Below the pieces are notes generated by a model that saw only the letters and a list, made by a program, of their open reading frames with translations, did not search any database and was not told where the DNA came from. The position numbers and the translations under genes were made by a program. From Amoebophrya sp. A120 (lineage: Eukaryota > Protista > Dinoflagellata): a stretch of DNA of 64,000 nt. How positions within the stretch are numbered: the first letter of the stretch is position 1; each line of letters starts with the position of its first letter. This document shows positions 50,864 to 62,822 of the stretch, piece by piece. The stretch spans positions 283,279-347,278 of the forward strand of contig CAJINV010000007.1 in assembly GCA_905178155.1 (NCBI GenBank), written 5' to 3'.

Positions 50864-53800
50864 CTACAGAACCACCACTGGTCGCAGCTGTTTTTGGTTC
50901 TGCGCCGCTTCTGGTTCCTCCGGGCGCTTCTGCGCCCAAAACGGACTGCAGTTCTTGGAAGCGTGGAATTCAATATTTCTGGCGGTGGTCAAGAACCTGT
51001 TCGGCTCTTGTTGCTGTTCCACCCTCGCAGCAGTGGTATCAATATCAAATGTAAAAATGTCTGGATCTGGAAAATTGGAACTTGTGATGCTGCATTTGGA
51101 TGGCAAAAAAATCTGTATTGCATGAGCACAAAGGGAATGCAATTTTTGCTACGCGGAGATGGCATTTGTAATGCGGAATAGGCATCAAGAAGGCCTCAAA
51201 AAGTCTGTGATGCTAGGGCACGCATCACAGACATCAAGACTTACGCAAAACCTGCATGATAAGTCTAGAAAATTTCCAGACCCAGACATTTTTGCATTTG
51301 ATAATCGGTTCGCAACGTGTTGAGAAACCCGCTCTGGGACGGTTCCGTCTTCGGCTTCAGCATGATCGTAAAGGCGTTGACTATATCAACTGCAAAAGTG
51401 TCGGGGTCTGGACGAGCGCCAGACTTGTCACGCAGGTTTTCCATGACCCATGAGGTCTGGTATGTAGGACATAGCATGACAGATTCTGTGAGAGTTCTAT
51501 CATGCCTATACTGCATGAGAAACTGCCTCTCGATTAGGTCAAAAGTGAACAGCTTTTGGTAATCATGCAACACAGATTTTTACATGATATAGATCTAGCA
51601 TGACAAGTTGCTTTGTTCCATTTTTGCATTTGATAGACAACCTCTGCGTCATCCGCTACCTGGATGGCCGTGTCGACAAACACCTTCTCCTCTGGATCGT
51701 GAATAAAAAGCCCGTAAACCCCCGCGCCGAACAGCTTGTGATCCTTTCCCGTCGCCCGGTAGCCCGTGTAGGGCGGCGGAAGCTCGTGGGGTAAGGGCTT
51801 TGCTACGTGTTTGAAGATAGAAGACTTAATATTTTGTTGCCCCTGGTGTCGATCCACGGAGCTCTTACCCACTAGTACTTCTCCTTGGGAAGCAGCGGCT
51901 GGCACAACCTCGACGTCCCCGTCTCCTGCCGGAGAAGTACGAGGACCAAGTAGTGGTGGCGCAGCACAAGAAAATTGATCTCGTCCATCGGCGGAAGTAG
52001 CGGAAAACCCCCAATCCGGCTGGATGTCTATCAAAGGAAAAACAGCCCCCACCTCATACTCAAAAGACAATAATCATAATGGATTTGTGTACACGAATGA
52101 GCTTTGTGTAGTTGCAGCAAGACCTCTTTGTCGGTATATTCTAACCCTATTTGGGTACGCATCCGGCTAGCAGCTACTTAAGCATGAGAAACAAGTCTGA
52201 CATAGGCGAAAACGCATGACAGACTCGCTGCACAATGCGCCACATGGGTGCCGTTTGGTGCCTTGTACGCAAGACAGAGCTGATTTGTGGTCACAACTCA
52301 GCATCACAAATTTTCTTTCGGATACGGGGAGGGGACATTTTTCCTTATGATACTGTCGTAGGGGAGTTCGCACTGGTAGAAAACCGTTTTCCCGAAATCC
52401 CCGGTCCACTCCTATCCTGTGTAAATAAAACGTTCCCACTCCAGATTCAAGATCAGGATCGCGCAACACAAATCGAGAAGTTTTGGGAATCACGCAAGAA
52501 AGGTTTTTCTCTGCATTGTAAGTGCAGTTTCGCAAGCACAGCCGTGGATCACAGAGCCATCTACCTATCCTGTCTGCAGCACGACAAGTTCCAAAGCACG
52601 ACTGGAATAATCACTATTCTTGCCTCTCATCTTCATCATGGGGATGCGCACTACAAATCTCTCTTTGACTGCAAATCTGCATCACAACTCTAGGGAGGTG
52701 GGGACGTTTTTACGTATCGATAACTCGACCTGGTTCTTCAGCAAATGTTCGACCGCAAGGCCGTACGCCGCCACGTGATTCCCTTTCACCCGCAACCCGG
52801 TGTAGGCCGGATTCTGTCCGTTCCCGATCTGCCCAGTCTTGGCGTGGTCCGCGCGCCAGCCCCAGTAATTCTCGAGTACTAGGTATGCTCTGCAAAAGTA
52901 TCGTACTCGTAGTAATTGCTGTCATGCATGATGAATCTCCTTTCCAAGGGAAAACAGCATTACAAGTTTCATTTGTCATGCTAAGCAAATTTGTAATGCA
53001 ATTTCTACTAGTACGATATCGCTTTTGCCATGCATACAACGAAACTGCGGTCGATTTCCAGCATGGTGTCCACGGCACGAAAATCTTCGCTCGGGTCCTG
53101 GTTGTCGCCACCCTATCAAATGCAAATATGTCGGGGAGGTCTGGAGACTTGTATGTAATGCTTGGTTGGGAATAGTGCATGCTCTGTAGCGCACAGCCTT
53201 GCATGAGAAATAAGGCCAGCGCCGCTTAGTGTTGCGTTTTCCGCATGACAAAGACAACCTGCGTCTTTGCATGACAGGCAAGAGGCCCTTTTCCTGCTCA
53301 TGCAACACAGATTTAAGAGTCATGCTCATGCCAGACAAGCATGACAAAAGTGCATTCTTCCAGACTCAGACATATTTGCAATGCCTACACCAACGCGGAT
53401 TACAATGTCCTGCAGGACCGCCGTGTTGATGCGGCTGGGCGTTACTTCATTCGCGGCCATCGCCTCCTTTATGTGCGCTGCCGTACTAGTAGAACTAGCA
53501 GCAGCAGCTACGCCAGTTTTATCATAATTCTTTGCTCTGTGCTGGCCCCCTTCCCCGGCGTCCTCGAACTCCTCTCCACGTGGCAGCAGCTTCGGTCTTT
53601 TGTGCTCAGGACCAACTTTTTTAGCAGTTGTTGGACTCGGTTTAGACATACAAGAATCTTCTTTATCTTCCCTAGCAGCACACACTGCTGAAGGAACACT
53701 ACATCCTGAGCCTTCGGGGGGAGGAATCAAATCAGAACCAGAAGATCCCCCAGAACCAGATCCTTCAACCCCCCGAGAGGATAAAAACGCCCTGAGTCTA

Positions 53801-56800
53801 GTACTTCTTGACGGACATGATATCGAACGACCAAGGACCGACCACCTAGGGGACAAACTGAGACCCCGCAGTCTCTTCGAAAGGCTATTGACGGCCTCGT
53901 CGTCGACGGGTGCGCCGCTGGCACCACAATTTTCAGGACCACCAATATTCGCCGTTGTATCACCATGAGTCTCATGATCTACTTGTTCTTCTATCTGCAT
54001 TCTACTAGTTGCACAGCCACTACAGTGATGATTTGTGCCTTGCTCTACTACTCCTTCCATAGCGCCAGTAGCATCGGGACGAGCACTACTAGTAGTACTA
54101 TTGACAAGGCCATGTTGGCCATGCTGCTGCATTTCATTTTGATGTCCTGCTCGGCTGTCTTCACTGCTAAATAAACAATCTCCTGCACGGCCATACGATT
54201 CTTGTTTTCGATCTTCCGCCGTTTCGACATATATTTCCGGCTCCATGACGCGCAACAATCGGGTGTAGCTGAGATTCTCTCCCTGCTTTTCTTGCGGCTC
54301 ACCGTTCATTTCCGTTTCCACCAGCCCCGACCCCTTTCCAGGCTGCAGGGTGAGCCCGGCAACGATAGGGGAAGCGGCCTTGATTTCCATCGCCGGGAAA
54401 GTGCCAAGCGTCTCCAGCATGGCAAACCCGAGACCAAGCAAAACCGGGCGGCGGGTAAGAGAGGACAAAGGCTGTTCTTCACCTCCTGCTCCGGCGGTTT
54501 CGAAAACCTATTGGCAATACAAGAAGCAAGTATAGATCGATAAGATGGAGCATTGCAGACCATGTCTTCGTGTCGTGAGGCATGCTGATAAAAACAAAAA
54601 TGTTGAGAAAACTTGTACATGTTTGAGTAAAAGTACTATCACAAACGAAACACCACCTCGACCGTTTTGAAGATTTCTAGCTGCGCATAATACTATACAT
54701 AGGTACCTGAATCGGCTCGGTGAGTTGGTAGATGCCCGGCGTGAAGACGATGTCTTTCTTCTCCACATTTAACTTGTGATTGATCACCTTCGCAACCTGT
54801 TCCATCTCTGGCCGGGCAACAAAAATGTTTGAAAAGGGCCGGGTCTCTTCCGCACGGAGGATGGTTTCAGCTGCAGCAGGAGCAGTACCTTGCTGGTGAT
54901 GTTCTTCAGCATTTATTTCCTCTCGGTAGGTCAAAGCGGGGACTCTCAAGTAGTACCCACTGGATAGTACACGACGACGGCGGTGCAGATGGGAGTCCGA
55001 GCAGTCCTCGTCGCTGCCGGAGTTCTGCTTCTTCGCCGATGAACATTCTCCTTCGCGTGGTTCATCGTGGTCGTTCCCACTTTCGTAAAAAATGTACGGC
55101 TTCGACTGGAAAACGAACCCGTGGTTTTTGCTATTGGGTGAAGATTTTTTTGCAGTAGTAGCGGTGGACGCAACTGTCCTCGTCGACAAAAGTACCTGCG
55201 TGACGGCTGCGTTGGGGTTCACTTTGTCCAACGGGCCTCCGCGGTGGGATGATGCACTTCTTTTCATCTTCTCGGTAGAAGAGGAATCCCGATCCTCTCC
55301 AAACCCGAAGTCACACTGCAGCCCGACGAAGCTCCAAGCACCGCCACTGGCCCCTTTTTCCGCTTTGGTGTTCACAAACAGGAACTGCTGTTGGCTGCCC
55401 AGCGCTAGCTATGCATTGCAAATTGTATGTCTTGATCTCTGGAAGGTTTGTCACGATTGTCTTGCATGCAGTTGACATCTGAAGGGTTTGTAATACGTGA
55501 TGTCGTGTCCAGGAAGAAAAGACCCTTATTTTGCCAGGCGTGCAGTAGCATGCAGAGAACGCATGACAACATAAATAGCGCAAATATTTCTCTATGCTTT
55601 GCGGCGCAACATAAAAGTAGCTACACGGCATTCACTATTCACATCCCAGCATTTTTAGTACAAGTTTCCAGACATTCAGAGAAGATATTTGCGAATGATA
55701 CCAGCTATCCTGTGCAAAAGTATCGTACTCGTATCAATGCTAATGCAAGTCTTGCATTACAAACCTTGTTCTCAAGGAAGATTAGCATTACAAATTTTCT
55801 TTCTCATGCTAAGGAAATTATTTGTAATGCATTTATACGAGTACGATACTTTTGCAGTGCATACCAGCTCCCCCCTCACCAAAACGTCTGCCATGAAGCC
55901 ACCGCTGGTGTTTCCGTAGTATTGCAAGGAAAAATCCCCCCTCCCCATACTGAAAAGGTATATTTTTGGAAATTTGCGATGCTGATTTGTGGCCACGAAT
56001 CGGGTCTATCTTGCAAGAAAGCAAAGCCAGAGCCTTCGCCGCTTTACGCCGGCGATTTGTAATGCTGCTGCGCTGACAGGGCAGACGTCTGCCATGCTGA
56101 GCGCCCGCCTCTAGCCAGCCCCTTCCAGGCTTTGCATCTGCCTGCAGTCCTCTACTGCAAGACAAAGCTGATTTGTGTACGCAAATCCCGCAACACAGAT
56201 TGTCACTTTGATACGGAGAGGTGGGATTTTTCCTTTTGATACGTAGTCAGGGGTATTCATCTTGAGATGCAGGGATTGCAGGGAGCGGGTCGGTGGTGGA
56301 TCCTGGTCTTTTCCATCTTCACTGTGATCAAAGAACAAGCGCTGCTTGTTCTTTTCTTTTTCTACTGCTTGTCGTTGTTCTTGTCCTTCTTCAGCTTCGT
56401 CGTCTTCGTCGGAAGTACTGTCATCACAGTACCCCGGAACATCTTTCACGGGGCCATACATGAAACCCTTGAAGGGGTCCGCCTTCCCGCACATGTCCTG
56501 AAACATCATCAAGCGAAAGTCTCCATCAACAATTAACCTCCGAAACGGGCTTGCCTGCGAGACCGCGGCGTTAACCGCCCCGAGAATCCGCATGTTTTCC
56601 ACGGACCGCCAGAAGTTGCAGGTGCCGCCGGGCCCGAAGGTGAACTCGCTGGCGTTCGGGATTTGCAGATGCTGAATTTTTATCCTATGCAAAAGCATCG
56701 TACTCGTATTGCAACCATGCATCACAGATCTTTCTCTTAAGGTAAATCCGCATTTTCTCATGCTGAGAAATTTTGTAATGCATTTATACGAGTACGATTA

Positions 56801-59586
56801 TACTTTTGCAATGCATAATTTTCACTTGATCAGCCGTCTCCCCAAGCCCGTAGTACGCTTGATAGTACCCCGGAGTGATGGAAATGTCTCTATAATTTCC
56901 CGGTTTGAACAACACTTGCACCCGCGACTGGTCCGATCGGTCAAACTCGCGACCCGGGTACGTGGGGATCTCGGTGTCCCGGAAGTTGTTCACAGATATC
57001 CTGTTTGGTTCGTCGCGCTTCAAATTGTCGAAAAGCTGCTCGTATGAACTGCAAAAGTATCGTACTCGTATAAATGCATTACAAATTTCCTCAGCATGTA
57101 ATGCTGATTTGCTTTCACAAAAAAAATTTGTGATGCAAGACTTGCATTTATACGAGTACGATACTTTTGCACAGGATAGCTCGCTCAATCTATTCGCCTT
57201 GTGCGGGATCCTCGCGAACTGACGGCCCTTATAAAAAGGAAAGATGCCCCCCCATATCGAAAACGAAATTTGTGATGCTGGACTTCCGCACAGTCTTGCA
57301 GTAGAGGACTGCAGGCCCATATCATGCCAATGTCGAGCGGCTTTGGCCTAGGCCCTTAGCATGAGGAACGCGAACGTCTATGCTGTAGGACCGACAACAT
57401 TACCAACCGCCTGCATAATGGGGCGGAGCCCATGTCGTTGCTTTCTAACAAGACAAACACGATTTGTGGCCACATATCAGCATCACAAATTCGCTGAGGC
57501 GTTCCTTTTCCATACGGGGAGGTGGGATTTTTCCTGACGATAGTCCTGGCTGGGACGCTCACGGTTGCTCAGGATAGAGGATTTCTGCAGGCATTTGGGG
57601 TAGAACTTCTCCCCTCCAGTGGATACACTGCTGCGTGAACACCGACGACCGGATGAATCTTTATGTTTACCATCATCTAATATCTCGTCGCTAATATTTC
57701 TATCCGCGGGGGCTTGCTCTTGACGGTCTTTTCCACCAGAACAAGGTCTTGTTTCTAATACTGTAGAAGAAGCTCTACTTCTGCATTTCTGTTCCATCTC
57801 CTTCAGCAGCAATAGCCCCTTTTCCGGGCACGACCCCCGTTCCAGTGCGTAACCCAGAGAGTCCTGTCCGCCCCAAATGTTTCGCTCGATGTTCGTTTCG
57901 AAATTCCAGGGAAACCAAGGCTGGTCCTTTGGGTAATTCGGCCGGGGCTTTCCTTCAGAGAAGATGTTATCCAAGACTGTCTGCAGATTTTTCGTTTCCG
58001 CATCATTCTTCGGCGGCTCGATAACAACAACGTGGTGGCCCCAGTCCGGGTGCATAGGCTCCACCTCGTCGCAGTTGTTGTATAATTGTGCGTAAGAAAA
58101 ACGTGTGTGTCCCCTTCCACTCCGAGACTTCTTGCTATGCATACTTATTTGCATGCCCAGATTGTTGTAAGTATCTCATGCGCAGTTGGAGCCTGATGTT
58201 AAGCAGCAGTTTCTTATGCTGTCTGGAACTTTTTGGTGATCCTCTAATCAGCAAAAAGAGCCACTTAGATTTGTGATGCCTCTGCACTAGCCAACCATCG
58301 GACATCAATCCTAGAGACACAAACTTGTCAGGAGGCCAGATATTACTTACCCAATAAACCTTGTTGGTTTGTGTTGCAAAATTCCTATGCTCACTCTGGG
58401 CTGGGGACCACGTCGCTACTTTTGCTCAGGATATTATGTCTTGTCCTTGTCTATTTTCCTCTTCTGCCACAAAGAACTTGGACAACATCCGGACGTCTTG
58501 ATGCGCATTACCAACAAGGAGATCATGATCTACTTCATGTTCGTCATCATCTGGCACACCTGCAGAAGTAGATCCCGTCTTCAAAACAGCCGCCGAAACT
58601 ACTGGTGCGCCGGCACTTGTTTTTCCGGACCACAACGGGAAATAAGAACCACAAAAAAGTTCCGCCGTAAAGAATATGCATTGCAAAAATGTCTGGGTCT
58701 GGAAAAATGTAGGACTTGTTATGCTTGTCTGGCATGCCTCTTGGATCTACTGTGATGCGTAAGCAGGAACGGGGCCTCTTGCCTGTCATGCAAAAACGCA
58801 GTTTGCCATGCAGAAAACGAAACACATGGCAGTGCAAAAACTTGTCATGCTTGGCTGCATATTTTAGTGCGCCCACCATTCAGAGATTTGCATCACAAAT
58901 TTCCAGACCCAGACATTTTTGCATTTGATAAAGAACAGCTGCAGTGCTGTTCCCGCCGCAAAGGAAATCATCGTCCTGAAGACCGCAGACCGAGCTATAT
59001 CAAGGTGAAAAAAAATTCCCCCTCCCCATATTAAAATCGAAATCTGTGATGCGGGACTTGTGTACACAGCTCGAGTCTGTCTTGCAGTAGAGGACTGCGC
59101 GCAGATCCGAGGCCTAGGCTGGGGCCTTTTGCTGTAGGCGCCTCGCATGACAGACATCTTCCTTATAGGCCTTACCGCATTACAAATCGCCTGCATAGCG
59201 TGCCGGACTGTCTGCACTTGCCTTCATGCAAGACAGACAGCATTCGTGGTCACAAATTTGCATGGCAAATCTTCAAGAAGGATGCACTTTCGATATGGGG
59301 AACGAAATTTTTCCGCACAATAAGCTAGTCCGGACGAAGGTAGTTCGCGATGGAAAGAGCATGTGTCTTCCCCAGCAGCACGACGAGCGGAAAACTTCCA
59401 ACGTGGAGAATCTTCACGAGCGGAGGTGCGACGTCGACTTTCGGTGCTACGCAAATGGAGGCTGGTGAATATTTTCCTCTTATTTTTTCCAACCAGGAGG
59501 ACACTGCGAGAAGGCGAATTTGTTTCCGAAAACTGTTGTGTCTGTCCTGGGACAAAATTTTTTTGCTGGCTAAAAATAAACGACAT
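50864..59586 (-). CDS. Multi-exon gene (15 introner introns + 1 canonical intron): bacterial-type GH55 exo-beta-1,3-glucanase (laminarinase)
   Basis: Spliced motifs appear in the order known from Streptomyces-type GH55: VLFKPGNY, GYYQAYYGLGE, NFWRSVEN, AVSQASPFRR, TSGGFMAD, GSQQQF, FTPGIY, VLLGLGFA, LQDIVIRVGG, WGWRADH, AYGLAVEH, VFYQCELPYD, HKLFGAGVY. The start codon (59586) and last exon are less certain. Confidence 0.85.
51043..51303. mobile_element. Introner family A
   Basis: DR ATCAA/ATCGG. Confidence 0.85.
51384..51635. mobile_element. Introner family A with a deletion inside the right TIR
   Basis: DR GACTA/GACAA; GACCCAGAC missing from right TIR. Confidence 0.85.
52029..52352. mobile_element. 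Introner family C, degenerate
   Basis: DR ATGTC/CTGTC. Confidence 0.85.
52413..52722. mobile_element. Introner family B, degenerate
   Basis: DR ACTCC/ACTCG. Confidence 0.8.
52884..53036. mobile_element. Introner family F, degenerate
   Basis: DR CTAGG/CAACG; frame restored. Confidence 0.8.
53114..53387. mobile_element. Introner family A
   Basis: DR CACCC/CACCA; right end CCTA. Confidence 0.8.
54508..54706 (-). other. Canonical GT-AG spliceosomal intron (199 bp) in the GH55 gene
   Basis: Minus strand CAG|GTACCT...TTGTATTGCCAATAG|GTT. Joins FTPGIYQLTEPIQ to VFETAG...VLLGLGFA in frame. No TIR. Confidence 0.8.
55410..55700. mobile_element. Introner family A, degenerate (stacked against the next element)
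   Basis: DR CTAGC/CCAGC. Confidence 0.8.
55706..55863. mobile_element. Introner family F (stacked)
   Basis: DR CCAGC, shared with the neighbouring element. Confidence 0.9.
55920..56241. mobile_element. Introner family C
   Basis: DR CGTAG. Confidence 0.9.
56681..56817. mobile_element. Introner family F
   Basis: DR ATTTT. Confidence 0.9.
57043..57178. mobile_element. Introner family F
   Basis: DR GCTCG. Confidence 0.9.
57230..57542. mobile_element. Introner family C
   Basis: DR GCCCT/GTCCT. Confidence 0.85.
58081..58433. mobile_element. Introner family B, highly degenerate
   Basis: TATA...CTCAGGATA; DR TGTTG/TTATG; frame restored. Confidence 0.65.
58675..58930. mobile_element. Introner family A
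   Basis: DR AAGAA. Confidence 0.9.
58998..59322. mobile_element. Introner family C
   Basis: DR AGCTA. Confidence 0.9.
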
Positions 59587-60210
59587 TTTGTATTGCTTTA
59601 CTCCAGGTAGTTGCACTTGCAAGAACTCTGGTCACAACAATAATCAACACAAAAATATCAAAAAAGAGACAGTAATAGACAGTAGACACAGAGTGACAAC
59701 TTACACAAGCGGACCTCCGCGAACGGGAAAAACTCTTCCGGTGTTCGTGTTTGTCGACTTGTAAACTAGCCCTGTCCTACTAAATCCACTTCACCTTCTT
59801 GCTAAGTTCATCTAGAGGTTGACATGGAGTTGAAAAAAAAATGATTTAGTCGATGTCTAACAAGGTACTACCCTACGTGCTTATTGTTAAAAGTATGTTG
59901 ACCGGCACGCAAGACGTGTTGAGATTACTATTTAAAAGTACTATGCTCGACGTATTGAGATTGAGATTGACCCAGCCAGCCGCGTCCAGGAAAATCATTC
60001 ACATTTGTGTTTTTTATCAACTGGCACCTCTGACGGGAGGACGAGGAAGTTTTTCTTTCTCCATGTCTATGTATGTAGCCGCGTTTTATTTTTCTTGACT
60101 TGCTATACGACTAGTTTTTCTAACCGCCCCTCTATATTTAGTACCAACTTCGACTTCTGAACGGGAAAAAGCTTTCCGATGTTCGCCGAAGGGTATTTGT
60201 TTTTGAAGAA

Positions 60211-60506
60211 TATCCTACGTAAAAACGCCCCCCACCGACCCCATCGTTGTCATGCTAATCTGCATGCATTGCATGTTTCTCATGCGGAGCCCCGTGACAA
60301 AAATGCTCTAGTAGTGTTTTGGAATAATTTGCGTTGCTCCAATCAGCGCAATATGCTAGGTCTGTGATGCTCCTGAACTAGCTCAACAGGATTACATTAC
60401 GGGACCAAACGTGTCATGCGCAATAACCGACTCTGGTTGATTTGTCTACCAGATTTGCCATCTTGACTCTCGGGTGGTCGTGGGGACGCTTTTGCTCAGG
60501 ATCATA
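60211..60506. mobile_element. Introner family B, degenerate, outside recognised CDS
   Basis: B-type TIR remnants; DR AAGAA/CAGAA. Confidence 0.7.
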
Positions 60507-61208
60507 CAGAAAGCTAGTAAACCATCACCACCATCTTCATGACACAACCCGGAGAGATCTCTCCAAGGTTCTTCGGGCGGGTCCTACCCAAAGAGTAAGG
60601 AGGTAGTGTCGCGACACGAGGTCGTTGTATTTTTAGTTTATCGAAATGTCGCTCGGATGGTGCTGACCTTTAGTTATAGATACTCGTTGATCATGATCTC
60701 TACAAAAATTGAAATTCCCAGACCACACTGACTGGAAACTCTTTTTTATACTGTGCCTGAAGAAAAAAATCGGTAGCAGAGCGGCGGAGGTAAATTGGTA
60801 TCGATATCGATATGCACTACATCATACAGTAAAATAATCTCATCGACCACTTCTATCTTTCTAAGGGTGCAGAAAACAGGATCGATTTGGCAGTTCACTT
60901 AAAGTGTGAAGATTCTCGTTCTTCCATTCTGCCCATCTCGGGAGATGATCATGAGCCGGATAATCAATTGCTATTGCACGGCACCAGCCTTGCCTTGGCT
61001 GCATTACTGGATCCTAGTACATCGTGATCTATGAAAACAGATACTTAGTACTCGACCGCTAGCTGGACTTCAGCTTTATGGAGATCTTCTACGAGTACTT
61101 CTACTGCTAGCACATCACGACTGCTCGATCTCGATCAAAAGCGTGCAGTTCTTGCAAGTTGATCTCCAGCCTCTGCCATGATCAAGATAACGCTTCGGAG
61201 CTTTCGGC

Positions 61209-61625
61209 TTGTCCCAGGTTTGTCCCACCTCTGTCTCAGGTTTGTCCAGTCCCACCCCTGGCTCAGGTGCGTCCCAGGTTTGTCCCACCTCTGTCCCAGG
61301 TTTGTCCCACCTCTGTCCCAGGTTTGTCCTCCCACCCCTGTCCCACCTCTGTCCCAGGTTTGTCCCACCTCTGCCTCAGGTTTGTCCCACCTCTGTCCCA
61401 GGTTTGTCCCACCTCTGTCACAGGTTTGTCCCCCTTCTGGCACACCCCTGTCACAGGTTTGTCCCACCCCTGTCCCAGGTTTGTTCCACCTCTGTCAAAG
61501 GTTTGCCACACCTCTGTCCCAGGTTTGTCCCACCCCTGTCCCAGGTTTGTCCCACCCCTGTCCCAGGTCTGTCCCAGGTTTGTCCCCGGTCTGTCCCAGG
61601 TCTGCCCAAAGTTTGTCCCAGATTT
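61209..61625. repeat. ~22-bp minisatellite (TGTCCCAGGTTTGTCCCACCTC; 11-bp sub-period)
   Basis: Direct reading. Confidence 0.95.
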
Positions 61626-62408
61626 GACCACGACGGACTACGAAAGCACTTAAAGCACACACGCGACTACGATCCGCAAGTACGATATACTAGGACCTTC
61701 ACACTGTCTGCTATCGGTATTTATAGTGGAATCTTGTTGTACTTGTACAACTACAACCGACATCCATATTTATTCGCGGCACACACACACACGTAGGAAG
61801 TTCTACACTTTGTCTTTCGCGGCACACATGATGATGAGCATGCGTAGTAATTTCGAACACCAGCTCGAGGTCAGGTGTTCGCGGGAAAGTTTTTTTCCAC
61901 TTCATGGAGGATTTTCCCGATAGTTTGATGTTGTCCGAATGGATTATGTTTGTGCTTACGTGAAAAATCGTACAGATGGATCATCAACACAATCTCGAGG
62001 ATGATCGTCGTGGAGCTTTTGTTCAATACTTACGTCTACATGCTTCTAGAAAAATTATACATGGTTCTGGTGCTGACGAGTCCGTTTTGGTGGAGAGAGA
62101 CGAGAGGAGCACGTGGATTTTTAAAATCATGGCTGTATGCACTGTGATTATATCTCTTTTTTTTTTTCAATTTGATGAATAAAATATAGCCAGGCGCATC
62201 AAGAGGCTCGCCACTCCCTGGCCCAACGTGTGGCCCGACGTGAAATCCAGGAGAGCACATCACGCGATTGTTGCCTTCTGTAAGACTGCCGGCAGTCTTC
62301 TACCTGCATCTTCTGCTACTTATCTATCATCTTCTGAGTACTTCACGCCAACGCTTTCGACATCGCAAAATACAATAAGTAACGCCATGAGATAATTGCT
62401 GTCAAAGT

Positions 62409-62487
62409 ACTTCCTTCTTTCAAAACTACTTCTTCCTTCAAAACTACTTCTTCCTTCAAAACTACTTCTTCCTTCAAAACTACTTCT
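62409..62487. repeat. 18-bp tandem repeat (CTTCCTTCAAAACTACTT) x4
   Basis: Direct reading. Confidence 0.9.
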
Positions 62488-62822
62488 GATAGACAAGGCA
62501 CGTACGTGCTTTTTGTGCAATTAAATTCTTTAACCAGTGAATCTTTAAGCTCCCGCCAGTACTTTTACTCTATGTTCATGCGACTCATCCTGAAATTCCG
62601 AAAGTAGAGTTGAAGTTTCGATACTATTAATAGAAAAGCCTTTTCTTGTCTATTGTCTTGTGTTAAAGTTGTAGCGCTCGTCGATTCCCCACGGAAAAAA
62701 ATCAACAAATCCCTATCCTTCCGAGACAACGACTCACGGCTTCTCTTTCCGAGCTTTCAAAGGACTTCGGCTGGAACTGCCACGTTGACCACGGCCGCGG
62801 GGCTGGGCACTAGGGAGGTGAT

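Noticed and set aside
437-59217. Many short ORFs sharing peptides such as CKNVWVWK, FQTQTFLHLI, PDPDIF and GVGTFLLRI
   Set aside because: They are translations of element TIRs in various frames, not a protein family.
800-59322. Recurring ~30-bp repeats separated by unique sequence, resembling a CRISPR array
   Set aside because: The repeats come as inverted pairs around conserved interiors, spacing is irregular, the unique parts are exons, and no cas genes are present.
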